A stretch of 64,000 nt of DNA from Bacteroidota bacterium (lineage in GTDB: Bacteria > Bacteroidota > Bacteroidia > M30B66). The DNA lies in contig JAIXYK010000057.1 of assembly GCA_027490225.1 (NCBI GenBank), positions 13,015-77,014 of the forward strand, written 5' to 3'. A program made the translations under genes and the position numbers. Below, one piece after another: positions 1-9,309 of this stretch (within the stretch, counting starts at the first letter, position 1; the number at the start of each line of letters is the position of its first letter). The notes beneath the pieces are model-generated. The model was given only the letters and a program-made list of their open reading frames with translations, was not told the DNA's origin and searched no databases.

Positions 1-1164
1 AATACTGTTGTTCAAGAAACAATGCAAGGAATTGTAAATGTTAAAGCATTTGCAAATGAATCTGTAGAAGTAAATCGATACCAAAAATCTATTAAAGAAA
101 TAGCTGCGTTATCAATGAAGTCAGCATTTTCAAGAGGCCTTTTTGCATCTTTTATAATTCTTGCTCTATTTGGTGCAATTGTGGGCATAGTTTGGTATGC
201 AACGCAATTGATGCTTGAAAATAAAATCACTTTTGGAGAAGTTATTTCATTTGTAATTTATACTTCATTTATTGGTGCTTCAATTGGTGGCATTGCAGAA
301 TTATACGCCCAAATACAAAAAGCAATTGGCGCAACCGAAAGAATATTTGAAATCCTTGACCAAACGCCAGAAAAGATTGATTTGAAATTCGACAAACAAG
401 CAGCTATTCGTTTCCATGGAAATGTAATATTCGAAAACGTAGAATTTTCTTATCCTGCAAGAAAAGAAGTAATGGTTTTAAAAGGATTAAATTTTGAAGC
501 TAAATCTGGCGAAAGCATCGCCATTGTTGGTTCTAGCGGGGCAGGTAAATCTACTATAACTCAGTTATTATTGAGATTTTACGAACCCGATGCAGGTAAA
601 ATATTGATTGACAATAAAGACGCCTTATCTTATAGTTTAACACAATTACGCGATCAAATGGCAATTGTTCCGCAGGATGTTATGTTGTTTGGAGGAACGA
701 TAAGAGAAAATATCCTTTATGGCAATCCAAATGCAAGCATGGAAGAAGTAATAGAAGCTGCAAAAAACGCAAATGCAGATTCATTTATTTCCTCATTTCC
801 AGATAAATACGAAACAGTTGTAGGTGAACGCGGAATTACACTCAGCGGAGGACAAAGACAAAGAATTGCAATTGCGAGAGCAGTTTTAAAAAATCCTTCC
901 ATATTGATTTTAGATGAAGCAACTTCTTCTTTAGATTCCGAATCGGAAAGGCTTGTGCAAGAAGCAATTGAAAAACTTATGATTGGAAGAACATCATTCA
1001 TAGTAGCCCATAGATTATCTACTATCAGAAATTCCAGTAAAATCATCGTTTTAGATAATGGAGTTATTTCAGAATCAGGAACTCATGAAGAACTCATAGT
1101 AAAAGAAAATGGTATTTATGCCAATCTTTCAAGATTACAATTCGCTCCTTCCGAGATTTATTAA
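1..1164 (+). CDS. ABC transporter permease/ATP-binding protein, C-terminal part (5' end lies outside the window)
   Basis: Frame is open from nt 1. Walker A GSSGAGKST, ABC signature LSGGQRQR, Walker B ILILDEATS and H-loop AHRLST are all canonical. A transmembrane segment precedes the NBD. Confidence 0.85.
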   Translation, partial: NTVVQETMQGIVNVKAFANESVEVNRYQKSIKEIAALSMKSAFSRGLFASFIILALFGAIVGIVWYATQLMLENKITFGEVISFVIYTSFIGASIGGIAELYAQIQKAIGATERIFEILDQTPEKIDLKFDKQAAIRFHGNVIFENVEFSYPARKEVMVLKGLNFEAKSGESIAIVGSSGAGKSTITQLLLRFYEPDAGKILIDNKDALSYSLTQLRDQMAIVPQDVMLFGGTIRENILYGNPNASMEEVIEAAKNANADSFISSFPDKYETVVGERGITLSGGQRQRIAIARAVLKNPSILILDEATSSLDSESERLVQEAIEKLMIGRTSFIVAHRLSTIRNSSKIIVLDNGVISESGTHEELIVKENGIYANLSRLQFAPSEIY

Positions 1165-1253
1165 TTTGGTTTAAAAATTGCTAAGAGCGGCATTTTTTTG
1201 AATTTCACTTTAATTTATAACTTAAGTTTGCAACAGTATTTAAACATTTTATT

Positions 1254-3503
1254 TTGATACCCAATAGTAGTATAGCTCTCATTTTAAGTAAGTTATCAGA
1301 ATTATTTAAAATTGATTCTAATGATTTAAAAGTTAGGCGCTCGGTTGAGCAGATGGATATAAAGGAAAATGCATTTGAAGAATACCTTCAATCATTATCA
1401 GAAGCTTCTACAGCCGTTAATTTATCTTTTATTAAACAAGAGTTCACAAGCAGTGAATTTAGAACTGTATTAAAGAATCTTACTTTTCCTACAATATTGT
1501 TTGCAAAAAAAGAAACTGAAATAGTTCCAGTAATTTTTTATGAGGTAAAATCAAGTTTAAAAGCTTGGTATATAAAAGCAAATGATGTTATTGAAATTGA
1601 AAATTCAGAAATAGAAAGTTGGCTTCCATTATTATTGAGTTTTGAAGAATGCTGTGTGCTTCAAGGAGGGAAAAATATTACAATAAAAGAAGCAGAGAAT
1701 AGGTATTTATTTTCATTATGCCCTGTAATTTTGAACTCAATGTTTGGTGCTGAAATAGATGACCAAATGAGAGGAGAGGTTGAGCATTATACACCTTTAA
1801 AAAGATTCTGGAGATTTGTAAAAACTGAAAAATCGAATATTTTCTATATTTATGTTTATTCAATTGTTATTGGATTAATTAATTTATCTCTTCCACTCGG
1901 AATTCAAGCTATTATTGGTAGGATTTCGGGAGGTCTTTTGTTTGATGGTGTAGTAGTTTTAATAACATTTGTAATTATCGGAATTATTATTGCAGGAGGT
2001 TTACAAATAATGCAGATTTACTTGGTTGAGATTTTACAAAGAAGAATATTCACAAGAGCTGCTTTTGAGTTTGCATTTAGAATTCCACGCATAAAAACCG
2101 AAGCATTATTAAAATCGCATCCACCTGAATTAATGAATCGTTTTTTTGAAGTGATAACCTTACAAAAAGGATTTTCAAAAATACTTTTAGACCTTACAAC
2201 AGCAGCCCTGCAAATTATTTTTGGATTATTGTTGCTTTCATTTTATAACGTTTCTTTCGTTTTCTTCGGACTATTTCTTTTTGTAGTTTTAATAATAGTG
2301 TTTCGAGCGACTGGTCCAAAGGGATTACAAACCAGCATTAAAGAATCAAAGTACAAATACAATATGGTTGCTTGGTTTGAGGAATTAGCAAGAAATATAT
2401 ATACATTTAAATCTGCAGGTTATACCAACATGCCATTAGACAGAACAGATGATCTTGTAGACAACTATTTATCAGCCAGAAAAAAACACTTCTCTATTTT
2501 ACTGACTCAATTCATAAACATTACAATTTTTAAGTTATTGGTAACAGGAGGAACCTTAATAATTGGTTGTATATTGGTAGTAAATCGAGAGATTACACTC
2601 GGTCAGTTCGTAGCTTCAGAAATTGTAATTATCTTTATTTTAGGTGCTACTGAAAAAATAATCATGAATATGGATACTGTTTATGATGTGCTCACTGCCT
2701 TGGATAAAATAGGACATATTACAGATTTACCTTTAGACGCCCCATCTGGCATAAGAATCAACAATTTGCAAGACAATGATGGATTTGAGTTAGAGACAAA
2801 AAATCTTTCATACTCTTATCCAGAAAGAAAAGAAAAGATTCTGAATGGTATAAACTTCAAAATAAGAACAGGTGAAAAAGTTTGTATTACAGGATCTAAT
2901 GGTTCAGGAAAAAACACTTTTACACAAATAATTTCTGGATTATTGAATAATTTTGATGGCACAGCCACTGTGAATGGAATATCGTTAAGAAACATTCACT
3001 TAACTGATTTACATGACGCTGTTGCTATAAATACTGCTTCAGACGAGATTTTCGAAGGTACAATTGAAGAAAATATTCGTTTAGGTAAGCCAGGGATTTC
3101 CCAAATTCAAGTTGTAAGAGCTATTGAAAAAGCGGGTTTGGTTGATTTTGTAAATAAATTGAAAGATGGAATTTACACAAAACTACTTCCAACTGGAAAA
3201 GGTATTCCAGGGTCTGCAGTTAGGAAAATCATACTTGCAAGGTGCTTAATTAAACAGCCTAGGTTGCTCATTTTTAATGATTATTTCGATAAATTAGAAA
3301 AAGCAGAAAAGTCCACTATTATTCAATCCTTGTGCAATATTGAATCGCAAACAACTTTAATTGCTGTTTCAACCGATCCATACTTAATGAAGCAATGCGA
3401 CAGGGTTATCATTTTTGATGCAGGCAAAATAGTTGCCGAAGGATCTTATGAAACACTTTCAAAAGATAGTAAATTTAAAAGTTTAATTAATCCAAACGAA
3501 TAG
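1254..3503 (+). CDS. ABC transporter-family protein with N-terminal extra (C39-like?) domain, six-TM domain and degenerate NBD
   Basis: 749-aa ORF with a TTG start at 1254; the first in-frame ATG is at 1353. Walker A is the variant GSNGSGKNT. The Q-loop Q is absent. The signature is replaced by IPGSAVRK. Walker B reads LLIFND with no catalytic E. No H-loop His. Confidence 0.75.
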   Translation: MIPNSSIALILSKLSELFKIDSNDLKVRRSVEQMDIKENAFEEYLQSLSEASTAVNLSFIKQEFTSSEFRTVLKNLTFPTILFAKKETEIVPVIFYEVKSSLKAWYIKANDVIEIENSEIESWLPLLLSFEECCVLQGGKNITIKEAENRYLFSLCPVILNSMFGAEIDDQMRGEVEHYTPLKRFWRFVKTEKSNIFYIYVYSIVIGLINLSLPLGIQAIIGRISGGLLFDGVVVLITFVIIGIIIAGGLQIMQIYLVEILQRRIFTRAAFEFAFRIPRIKTEALLKSHPPELMNRFFEVITLQKGFSKILLDLTTAALQIIFGLLLLSFYNVSFVFFGLFLFVVLIIVFRATGPKGLQTSIKESKYKYNMVAWFEELARNIYTFKSAGYTNMPLDRTDDLVDNYLSARKKHFSILLTQFINITIFKLLVTGGTLIIGCILVVNREITLGQFVASEIVIIFILGATEKIIMNMDTVYDVLTALDKIGHITDLPLDAPSGIRINNLQDNDGFELETKNLSYSYPERKEKILNGINFKIRTGEKVCITGSNGSGKNTFTQIISGLLNNFDGTATVNGISLRNIHLTDLHDAVAINTASDEIFEGTIEENIRLGKPGISQIQVVRAIEKAGLVDFVNKLKDGIYTKLLPTGKGIPGSAVRKIILARCLIKQPRLLIFNDYFDKLEKAEKSTIIQSLCNIESQTTLIAVSTDPYLMKQCDRVIIFDAGKIVAEGSYETLSKDSKFKSLINPNE

Positions 3504-3505
3504 GA

Positions 3506-4864
3506 ATGTTGCAAATATCACCACATTCGGTAGAACAAGATTTGAAAAAACATAAGTTGTACGCAATTAAACTTGCAGGTACGCCAAGGTTTGGGAAAGT
3601 AGTTACATGGTGGCTCGGAGGTCTCATGTTACTGCTTGTAATTATCTTATTCGTACCCTGGCAACAAAATGTTGATGGAAATGGTCATTTGACAGCTTTG
3701 TCACCCCAAGAAAGACCGCAAAACATACAATCTCCAATTGCTGGTAGAATAGATAAATGGGCCGTAGCAGAAGGTCAATTTGTGAAAAAAGGTGATACCA
3801 TTATGGTTCTTACCGAGATCAAAGAAAAATTTTTAGATCCCGAACTTTTACCAAGACTTCAGCAGCAAGTTGGCGCCAAACAAGGCGTGATAAAATCCAC
3901 CTTCGACAAAGCTGAGTCTTTAAGTAATCAAATAGGAGCTTTAAATTCAGGCTTAAAATTAAAATTACAACAAGCAACAAACAAGGTGTATCAAGGGAGA
4001 TTGAAAGTTAAATCAGATTCAATTGATTTGGTTGCAGAAACAATTAATTTTTCAATAGCTGACACACAGCTAACTTTAGGAAGAAATCTTTACAACAAAG
4101 GCTTGATTTCTCAGGTAGAGTTTCAAAGACGACAAGAAAAATTTCAGAATTCAACAGCAAAGCTTATTTCACAAGAAAATAAGTTGCTTGAAGCTAAAAA
4201 CAGCCTTTTAAATGCTCAAATAGAATTGAATTCGATAAGAGCCGATTATATGGAAAAAGTATCAAAAGCTGAATCTGACCGAAATTCTACTTTAGCCTAT
4301 GTTGCTGAAGCAGAAGGCGATTTGGCCAAGCTTGAAAATGAATATTCGAGCATGTTGGTTCGGAATACTTTTTATACAATTCGAGCACCTCAAGATGGTT
4401 ACGTTGTAAAAGCAGTTAGAGTTGGTATTGGTGAAAATATAAAAGAAGGAGAATCTGTCGTTACAATTATGCCTGCCAATCCTAAAGTTGCAGCAGAAAT
4501 TTATGTACGAGCAATGGATATTCCTTTGTTAAAAAAAGGACAGAAAGTAAGAATTCAATTTGATGGTTGGCCTGCTATTGTATTTTCAGGATGGCCAAAT
4601 GTAAGTGTTGGTACTTTTGGTGGCATCATACAAGTAGTTGATTTTGTTGAAAGTGATAATGGAAAATTCAGAGTATTAATTACTCCTGATCCTTCAGAAG
4701 ATCCTTGGCCAACACAAGTAAGAATGGGAAGCGGAGCAATTGCTTGGGCTATGCTCGATAATGTTCCAATTTGGTTTGAATTGTGGAGACAATTAAATGG
4801 CTTTCCGCCAAATTTAGACAAAGAATCAAAATCATCAAATAAAGAATTCGGAGCCAAGAAATGA
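3506..4864 (+). CDS. HlyD-family membrane fusion (secretion) protein
   Basis: Single N-terminal TM segment, long coiled-coil region, C-terminal beta-domain. Starts 3 nt after the ABC stop. Its end overlaps the next gene by ATGA. Confidence 0.8.
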   Translation: MLQISPHSVEQDLKKHKLYAIKLAGTPRFGKVVTWWLGGLMLLLVIILFVPWQQNVDGNGHLTALSPQERPQNIQSPIAGRIDKWAVAEGQFVKKGDTIMVLTEIKEKFLDPELLPRLQQQVGAKQGVIKSTFDKAESLSNQIGALNSGLKLKLQQATNKVYQGRLKVKSDSIDLVAETINFSIADTQLTLGRNLYNKGLISQVEFQRRQEKFQNSTAKLISQENKLLEAKNSLLNAQIELNSIRADYMEKVSKAESDRNSTLAYVAEAEGDLAKLENEYSSMLVRNTFYTIRAPQDGYVVKAVRVGIGENIKEGESVVTIMPANPKVAAEIYVRAMDIPLLKKGQKVRIQFDGWPAIVFSGWPNVSVGTFGGIIQVVDFVESDNGKFRVLITPDPSEDPWPTQVRMGSGAIAWAMLDNVPIWFELWRQLNGFPPNLDKESKSSNKEFGAKK

Positions 4865-6279
4865 GAAATAAAAGTTTTGTTATTTTTTTGTTTTTGTTTT
4901 CAAAAGTTGCTTTATCTCAACCACTTGATACAGTTAAAGTTGGTTCTGTTTCTATAAAGGATGTTTTTGAATATGTAAATGCATTTCATCCAATTATTAA
5001 ACAAGCTAAATTGCTGCCTCAGCAAGCCAGGTTTGAGATACGTGAAGCAAGAGGTTTTTTCGACCCTAAGTTTGCTGGAGATTTTGCCGAGAAAAAGTAC
5101 GACGATAAATTCTACTACAATAACTTAAATGCAATGCTGAAAGTTCCAGCTTGGATTGGAGATTTTAAAGGAGGATTGGAAAGAAACCGCGGCGTTTTTG
5201 TTAATGGAGAAAATTCAACTCCTGATGCAGGATTAATTTATGCAGGCTACTCTTTGCCTCTTGGCGCAGGTTTGTTTATTGATGAACGAAGAAATGCGTT
5301 AAGACAAGCGCAACAATTATCTAAAATAGCTGAAGCTGAGCAAGTTAAAATAATCAATAAGACACTGCTCAATGTTTCTAATGATTATTGGGAATGGTAT
5401 TTTTCTTGGAGACAATTAAATTTTATTAGTAATGCGGATTCTTTAGCAAAACAAAGATTTCGTTTTGTAAAAGACGTCGCAAGTCTTGGTAATTCTTCTA
5501 TGCTTGATACTTTGGAAGCTTATGGAAACATGCTTCAAAGAAATATTCAATTAGAACAGTCAAAATTAGAATTGAAAAACGCACGTTTACGATTGTCTGT
5601 TCATTTATGGGATTCTATTGCAAGACCTTTAGAATTGAGCAATGCTGCTATTCCATTTTTTATTAATCCTTTGGAATATTCTTTCTCTATTGGATTGTTA
5701 GATAGTTTGAAAAGTTTTTCATTGGTAAATCATCCAGATTTGTTAAAAATTGAAGGGAAATTAACACAACTCATATTTGAAAAACGTTTTAGAAATGAAA
5801 TGCTAAAACCTACAGTAAATCTGGATTATAATTTTTTAACTGCAGGAACAATACCAAATGTTGCTCAAAATATATTTCTATCTAATAATTATAAATTTGG
5901 GCTTTCGGTAGGTATGCCGCTGTTTCTTCGAAAAGAAAGAGGTAAATTGCAGGTAGTGAAAACAAAAATATCATTGCAAGAACTAGAAATGATAGATACC
6001 CGCCGTTCTGTAGGTGTTGAAGTAAATACAAGGTATAATGAATTGAAAAACCTAGAAGTTCAATTGAAAAGGCAAAATGAGGTGGTAATAGCGCTTCAAA
6101 CTTTGTTATCTGGGGAAATAGTAAAATTTCAAAATGGTGAAAGTTCCCTTTTTGTAGTAAACATGAGAGAAACAAATTTGATAAATGCAGGTGTTAAGCT
6201 TGCAGAATTTGAATCTAAATTTGCAAAATCTATTGCTTATTTATTTTGGGCATCAGGAATTAAAAACTGGACTTACTAA
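4861..6279 (+). CDS. TolC-like outer membrane efflux protein
   Basis: Signal peptide, about 470 aa, internally duplicated helical/beta architecture. Position after ABC-HlyD. ATGA overlap with HlyD. Confidence 0.65.
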   Translation: MRNKSFVIFLFLFSKVALSQPLDTVKVGSVSIKDVFEYVNAFHPIIKQAKLLPQQARFEIREARGFFDPKFAGDFAEKKYDDKFYYNNLNAMLKVPAWIGDFKGGLERNRGVFVNGENSTPDAGLIYAGYSLPLGAGLFIDERRNALRQAQQLSKIAEAEQVKIINKTLLNVSNDYWEWYFSWRQLNFISNADSLAKQRFRFVKDVASLGNSSMLDTLEAYGNMLQRNIQLEQSKLELKNARLRLSVHLWDSIARPLELSNAAIPFFINPLEYSFSIGLLDSLKSFSLVNHPDLLKIEGKLTQLIFEKRFRNEMLKPTVNLDYNFLTAGTIPNVAQNIFLSNNYKFGLSVGMPLFLRKERGKLQVVKTKISLQELEMIDTRRSVGVEVNTRYNELKNLEVQLKRQNEVVIALQTLLSGEIVKFQNGESSLFVVNMRETNLINAGVKLAEFESKFAKSIAYLFWASGIKNWTY

Positions 6280-6281
6280 TC

Positions 6282-6728
6282 ATGGCAGACTGGAGAATTA
6301 TTCAACCCTCAAACAGTGCAGAATGGGAAGCCTATTTTCAATTAAGGTTTGAGGTTTTAAGAAAGCCTTGGAATGAACCAATTGGCTCAGAAAAAAGTGA
6401 GGATGATGCAACATCTTTACATGCTTTAATTTTAGAAAATACAGGTAAAGCTATTGCCGTCGCAAGAATTCATCAATCAATTAAAAACCAACTTCAAGTC
6501 AGATTTATGGCTGTTAGACCTGAATTTCAAAAAAAAGGAATAGGGGGGGGCATGCTTAAATTCGTTGAAAAGATTGGTGTAAAACAATATCCCGAAACAA
6601 TAGAAATCATTTTGCATGCCCGCGAAAATGCAATAGAATTTTATAAATCAAATGGTTATAATATTGTAGAAGAGTCTTATGTTTTGTTTGGTGAAATTCA
6701 GCACTATCTTATGAAAAAGAAAGTTTGA
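6282..6728 (+). CDS. GNAT family N-acetyltransferase
   Basis: Acetyl-CoA binding motif RFMAVRPEFQKKGIGGGML. 148 aa. Starts 3 nt after the TolC stop. Confidence 0.7.
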   Translation: MADWRIIQPSNSAEWEAYFQLRFEVLRKPWNEPIGSEKSEDDATSLHALILENTGKAIAVARIHQSIKNQLQVRFMAVRPEFQKKGIGGGMLKFVEKIGVKQYPETIEIILHARENAIEFYKSNGYNIVEESYVLFGEIQHYLMKKKV

Positions 6729-6804
6729 TGCATTTAAAAATTCGCTACATTTAAACCATTCTAATTTTAACCATCAAAGTCAACTATAAATTAAAATCCA
6801 AAAA

Positions 6805-7242
6805 ATGAAATCAATTATTTTATCATTAGCAATGTTTGCATTTACTGCATCAACTTTTGCTCAAACAAATGGTGTGGCAGCTCCTCAAACAAATGCGCCT
6901 GCAAAACAAAAAACTCTTTCACCAGAAGACAGAGCAATTAGAGTTTTAAGAATGATGACAAGTCGTGTAGGATTAAAAGATAACCAAAGTGCTGAAGTAA
7001 AAGCGATTTTGATTGAAAGAGAAAATGCGAAAGCAGAAGCTAAAAAACTTACTGAAAAAGGAGCTAAAAAAGCTAAAATGCAAGAAGCTCAAGCATCAGC
7101 TGAAACTAAACTGCAGAAAGTTTTAACACCAGAACAGTGGACTGCTTGGGTGAAATTTAAAGAAGAACAAAAAGCAAAAAAAGCAGGTAATCAAGATGGT
7201 TCAAAATCTAATGAGCCCCAAAAAGAAGAAGATTTTTATTAA
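6805..7242 (+). CDS. hypothetical secreted Lys/Glu-rich protein (possible periplasmic LTXXQ/Spy-like)
   Basis: Signal peptide. Low-complexity K/E/A-rich helical sequence with motif LTPEQW. Confidence 0.45.
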   Translation: MKSIILSLAMFAFTASTFAQTNGVAAPQTNAPAKQKTLSPEDRAIRVLRMMTSRVGLKDNQSAEVKAILIERENAKAEAKKLTEKGAKKAKMQEAQASAETKLQKVLTPEQWTAWVKFKEEQKAKKAGNQDGSKSNEPQKEEDFY

Positions 7243-7382
7243 TCTTTTTTGGTATGAATTTAGTTGAGTAAAGTAAATAAATACCTTATATAATAAATTT
7301 ATTACCAATTATTTTGTTTTTTTTCAGATTTCTAAAAAGGAGTATACAATTGAATTTCTCTGCTAATAGCGGTAGAAGTATA

Positions 7383-9284
7383 ATGAATTGTATGCTCCTT
7401 TTTTTATTTTTTATTATCAGTCATCCTTCAAAATCACAAACACTCACTAAATTCTATTTAGAAAAGGAAACACCTGATGGATTAGTCTTTACATATGAAG
7501 GCTTAAAGAATGTAACAGATGAAATAATAATTCCAGCCAATTATGATTTTATATGGAATTTCAGAAATGATTCATTAACACTTGCCAGAAAAAGAATCTG
7601 GAATCCTATTGAAAAAACAACGGAATTAAGCTTTCAAATAATTAGTAAAAGTGGATTTCTATACTTTGAATTTCCGTATTATTTAATTCCAGAACCTAAT
7701 AATGAAGGATTGTTTAGATGTTTTAATACCAAAACAAATAAATGGGGATTTGTAGATGGTTTTGGTAATAATATTATTAAATATAAATACGTAGAGGCGC
7801 TTGATTTTCAAGAAGGTCTTGCTGTAGTAAAAGATGAAATAAGTTTGCTTTATGGTTATATTAACAAAAAAGGGAACTTTATCATAAAACCAGCTTATTC
7901 AGAAGCTTTTTCCTTCTCAGAAGGAAAAGCAATTGTAAAAAACAGTGCATCTGCAGATACTTATTCTTTTTTGAATAAAAATGGAAGTCAAGTTCCCATA
8001 AAAGAATCATACAAAAGAGTATATAATTTAGAAAATGGATTTGCAATTGTTGAAAAATCAAATGCAGATACCATATTGTATGGATTCATAGATAGCACAG
8101 GTAAAGAGATTCTATCTCCTAAATTTCAATTTATTGATAATTTCGAAAATGGAACTGCCGTTTTTTTGCAAAACAATGAAGCTGGAATGTTAAATTCTAA
8201 AGGAGAAATTATAATTCCAGCGCGATATGACGAATTATATAGATTTGATCAACAACATTATTTGTTTCAAAAGAATGGTCTTAAAGGCTTAATTAATTTA
8301 GATGGCAAAACTATTGTTCCTGCTAAATATTCATTAATTGATTATTTTAACGAAGGTTTAAGCGCAGTTCTTAAGTTTGATAAATGGGGCTTTGTTGACG
8401 CAGCCGGTAATGAAGTTATTTCTTGCAAATACGCCGAAGTTAAAAACAGTTTTGTTAATGGAGTAGTTGAAGTAAGAACCCAAGACAAGTGGTTAATTGA
8501 AAGCGCAAAAGACACAATTGTATTACCTCCATATGATGAGGTACTACCTTTTTATGGAAAAGCAGCTGCCTTTAGAATTGGTAATTTATGGGGTTTTTTA
8601 AATGACCATGGAGAAGAAAGTATTGAACCTAAATTTGTAGAATTAGTTTTCAATAAAGGAGGAGACATTTTTGGAAGAATACCTTTAGATGATGGACTTT
8701 CACATTGGGTGCTAATTGGTAATAATGGAGAGTTCTTAACAACTAATGTTTACAATGAGATTGTGCGATTTACCGAAGGATTTGCTGCTGTTAAAAATGA
8801 AAAAGGCTGGGGATTTATTGATGTAAATGGGTTGGAGATTGTTTCACCGAAATATGATGCAGTAAGAAATTTTTCAAATGGAAGAGCAGCTGTTATGAAA
8901 AACGATTTATGGGGATTCATAAATACATCCGGTCATGAAGTTATCCCAATTTACAATGGAAATCCTTCTTTTGAAGACGAAGAAGTTGCCCCAAACGACA
9001 CGCTATTTCATATTAGAGAATCTTATCCTTTATATGGAATGATTGTTCTTGGCGACTTCTTTGAAAATTGTGCTTGTATTCAAGATGAATTTGCTTCAGA
9101 TACCCAAAATGGGAATTTATGCATCAATAAGATTGGCAAACTACAATACAATAATGATTGCAAGCCATTTACCAAAATTGCCGACTATTTTGACCCAAAA
9201 TTAGAGATAAATACGAATTTGCGAATTGTTAGAATTCCTGGCAAATGGATGAAAATCGACAAATCGGGAAAATCTGTTGAATAA
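7383..9284 (+). CDS. KWG (WG) repeat-containing protein
   Basis: At least 10 copies of the ~35-aa K/EWGF(V/I)D..G motif. Start chosen at the ATG giving a signal-peptide-like N-terminus (MNCMLLFLFFIIS); the ORF is open from 7314. Confidence 0.65.
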   Translation: MNCMLLFLFFIISHPSKSQTLTKFYLEKETPDGLVFTYEGLKNVTDEIIIPANYDFIWNFRNDSLTLARKRIWNPIEKTTELSFQIISKSGFLYFEFPYYLIPEPNNEGLFRCFNTKTNKWGFVDGFGNNIIKYKYVEALDFQEGLAVVKDEISLLYGYINKKGNFIIKPAYSEAFSFSEGKAIVKNSASADTYSFLNKNGSQVPIKESYKRVYNLENGFAIVEKSNADTILYGFIDSTGKEILSPKFQFIDNFENGTAVFLQNNEAGMLNSKGEIIIPARYDELYRFDQQHYLFQKNGLKGLINLDGKTIVPAKYSLIDYFNEGLSAVLKFDKWGFVDAAGNEVISCKYAEVKNSFVNGVVEVRTQDKWLIESAKDTIVLPPYDEVLPFYGKAAAFRIGNLWGFLNDHGEESIEPKFVELVFNKGGDIFGRIPLDDGLSHWVLIGNNGEFLTTNVYNEIVRFTEGFAAVKNEKGWGFIDVNGLEIVSPKYDAVRNFSNGRAAVMKNDLWGFINTSGHEVIPIYNGNPSFEDEEVAPNDTLFHIRESYPLYGMIVLGDFFENCACIQDEFASDTQNGNLCINKIGKLQYNNDCKPFTKIADYFDPKLEINTNLRIVRIPGKWMKIDKSGKSVE

Positions 9285-9309
9285 AACATTCGAATTCTTA
9301 GTTTTGTGA

